Shown: one piece after another, positions 61,262 through 64,000 of the stretch
How positions within the stretch are numbered: the first letter of the stretch is position 1
How the letters are laid out: each line of letters starts with the position of its first letter
Assembly (NCBI GenBank): GCA_043228905.1
Contig: JBHGNT010000007.1
Coordinates: 9,672,001-9,736,000, forward strand
Direction of reading: 5' to 3'
DNA from: Azolla caroliniana
Lineage: Eukaryota; Plantae; Polypodiophyta
Length of the DNA: 64,000 nucleotides
Position numbers and translations under genes: made by a program
Notes under the pieces: generated by a model
What the model was told of the DNA's origin: nothing
Database searches by the model: none
The model's input: only the letters and a program-made list of their open reading frames with translations

Positions 61262-64000
61262 CAACGGAACCGGAGTCCGCAAAGACGGGAGAAGTCGGGG
61301 ACCCGGTCGCAGTCAAGAGGAAGGCCCACATGCTTCCACTGTGGGAAGCCGGGGCACTTCCGGAAGAATTGTCGGCATTACCGAAAAGACAACGGAGCCG
61401 ACGACACCGATTCGAAGAAGTCACCGGAGCGAAACGGCGCATACCGGGGAGCCACGGACCGGAGAGGTCCGGATCGGCGAGGGCAGGACCGGAAAGGAAC
61501 GACGGCACTCGCGGCAAGTGAAGAAGAGATAATGCTCATTATCGAAGAGAGGGAGCTGAACCTTGCCGGTGAAGAGATGACCTGGGTGGTCGATTCCGGA
61601 GCGTCGTTCCACCTGACCCCGGAGAAGAAATACTTCTCATCCTACACAGCCGGTGAGCACGGTTGTGTCCGGATGGGAAATGAAGGTAAATGCCGGATTG
61701 CCGGCATAGGAGACGTGTGGCTGATGACATCAACCGGATGCAAGATGCTGCTGAAGGATGTCCGACACGTTCCGGAGGTTCGATTGAACCTGATTTCGGC
61801 CGGGAGGCTAGACGATGAAGGCTACACGGGTAGCATCCGGAACGGTGTCACGAAGTTCAGCAAAGGGAGCCTGATAGTGGCTCGGGCCCGGAAGGTCAAC
61901 ACACTGTACCTGATGAATTCCCGGCTATGTCCTGAGGAGCTGAACGTGGCAGCTGACACTGCCGGTGAGCTATGGCACAAGAGACTGTGCCACATGAGCG
62001 AGAAGGGGATGAAGAGGCTTGCCGAAGACAACCTGATACCGGTAAAGCATTTACACTTGGGGAAGTGTACCGACTGTCTGGCCGGTAAGCAAAACCGGAC
62101 CTCCTTCCACTCAAGGCCACCGACGAGACGTAGCGCACCATTGGAGTTGGTGCACACTGACGTGTGTCAAGTAGAAACGAAGTCACATGGCGGAGCCCAG
62201 TACTTCGTGACATTCATTGATGACCACAGCCGGAAGCTGTGGACGACAACGTTGAAGACAAAGGACCAAGTGTTGTGCGTCTTCAAAGAACTCCACGCGA
62301 GAGTGGAAAGAGAATCCGGCAAGAAGCTGAAAGCGATACGAGCGGATAACGGAGGGGAATACCGGGGGCAGTTCGCGGAGTACTGTCGCTCGAAGGGAAT
62401 CCGGCTTGAGTTTACTGTGCCGAAGACGCCGGAACTGAACGGGCTGGCCGAGAGGATGAACCGGACCATAATGGAGAGGGTCCGGAGTATGCTAGCACAT
62501 GCGAAATTACCCAAGGGATTTTGGGCTGAGGCAATGTCGACGGCGACATATGTGATAAATAGATCACCCTCAGTACCCCTGGATGGAGACACGCCACAGA
62601 GAGTGTGGACCGGTAGGGAAGTATCCTACCGGCATCTGAAGGTGTTCGGATGTCTCGCATATGTGCATGTGGCAAAGGACCGGAGAGGAAAGCTAGATCC
62701 AAAGACCCGGCCATGCATATTCCTCGGTTACGGCGACGACGAGTTCGGCTACCGAGTATGGGACCCGGTCGACAAGAAGATATTCAGGAGTCGTGATATC
62801 ATCTTCATGGAGGACAAGACACTCGCCGACTGGGAGTCGGAGAAGAAGATGAAGAGCTCCAAGTCGACCGGTGAGAATCAACTCTACGAAGAGCAGTCCC
62901 GACCGGCAAGGGACCGGTTAGCACTCGAGGATCCGGCCGAAGACGGTGAAGAAACAGAACCGGCCGAGGAAGATGAAACTGATACTGGAACCGGCCCCGA
63001 TCCCGAAATGGATTCGGATGAAGAGGAAACGGAGGAGCCGGTTACCGAAGCTCCGGAACGGAGATATCCTCTAAGAGAGAGAAGGGCCCCCCGGAGATTT
63101 CTGGAACCAGAGCACGTGCTGCTAACCGACAAGGGGGAGCCGGAGAGTTTTGAAGAAGCAAAGCTTGACACCCATAGCCGCAGGTGGTTAAGTGCCATGC
63201 AGGAGGAGATGGATTCCCTGCATGAGAACCACACATATGAACTTGTGGAGTTGCCGAAAGGAAAGCGGGCGCTTTGAAACAAGTGGGTGTTCAAGCTGAA
63301 ACCGGGAGATGCCGGAAACCCCCCGAGATACAAAGCCAGGATCGTGGTGAAGGGGTTCCAGCAGAAGAAGGGCGTCGACTTCGACGAGATATTTGCCCCG
63401 GTAGTGAAGATGACCTCCATCCGGATGGTGCTGAGCATAGCGGCAAGCATGGACCTCGAGGTAGAACAGATGGACGTGAAGACGGCATTCCTTCACGGTG
63501 ACCTCGAAGAAGAGATCTACATGCAGCAACCGGAAGGATTCGAGAAGAAAGGGAAGGAGCACCTGGTATGCCGGTTGAAGAAGAGCCTTTACGGACTGAA
63601 GCAGGCTCCCCGGCAATGGTACCGGAAGTTCGACTCTTTCATGACCGACGAAGGGTATCACAAAACGCAGTCCGATCACTGCGTGTTTGTGAAGAAGTTC
63701 GAAGGAGGAGACTTCCTAATACTCCTCCTGTACGTGGACGACATGTTGATCGTCGGACGAGACCAGGTCAAGATACGGATGCTGAAGAAAGCGCTTCACC
63801 GAACCTTCTCAATGAAGGACCTGGGTCCGGCGAGGCAAATACTCGGGATGCACATCATCCGGAACCGGAAGAAGAAGCAGTTGTGGCTGTCACAGGAGAA
63901 GTAAGTGACAAAGGTGCTTCACCGGTTCAACATGTCGGAAGCAAGACCGGTCGGGTCAACCCTCCCGGCAAACTGCAAGTTGCCCAGCAAGCAAAGCCCC

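Larger units (their letters stand above)
59241..64000 (+). mobile_element. Ty1/copia element E4 (5' LTR, PBS, gag-PR-INT-RT), runs off the right edge
   Basis: CFHCGKPGHFRKNC, VVDSGASFH, VHTDV/RADNGGEY/NGLAERMNR, MDVKTAFLHG, LYGLKQAPRQW, YVDDML. Confidence 0.96.
59820..64000 (+). pseudogene. E4 gag-pol, interrupted by a solo LTR and two in-frame stops (63275 TGA, 63902 TAA)
   Basis: MEGGGSGPPGMMVLNSQNY start; the frame is restored (GRQRNRSPQ) when 60452-61266 is removed. Confidence 0.9.

Overview
Land-plant-type repeat DNA with no host protein-coding gene. About 53 kb (~5619-59240) is a head-to-tail, single-orientation tandem array of cytosolic-type tRNA-Glu(TTC) genes: roughly 115 full, degenerate or truncated copies by manual count, at least 13 of them identical to a perfect 73-nt cloverleaf consensus. 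The array is layered. Old, degenerate ~670-bp and ~433-bp monomers give way to young, homogeneous monomers organised in a 2310-bp higher-order repeat, and the old-to-young block is present twice through a ~28-kb-offset duplication. Young spacers almost lack sense-strand oligo-T Pol III terminators, which suggests read-through (polycistronic) pre-tRNA transcription. The array is flanked and interrupted by decayed Ty1/copia LTR retrotransposons (Met-i PBS). One carries an antisense solo LTR with a 5-bp TSD in gag and appears to be a gag/pol mosaic. All coordinates and counts were read by eye.
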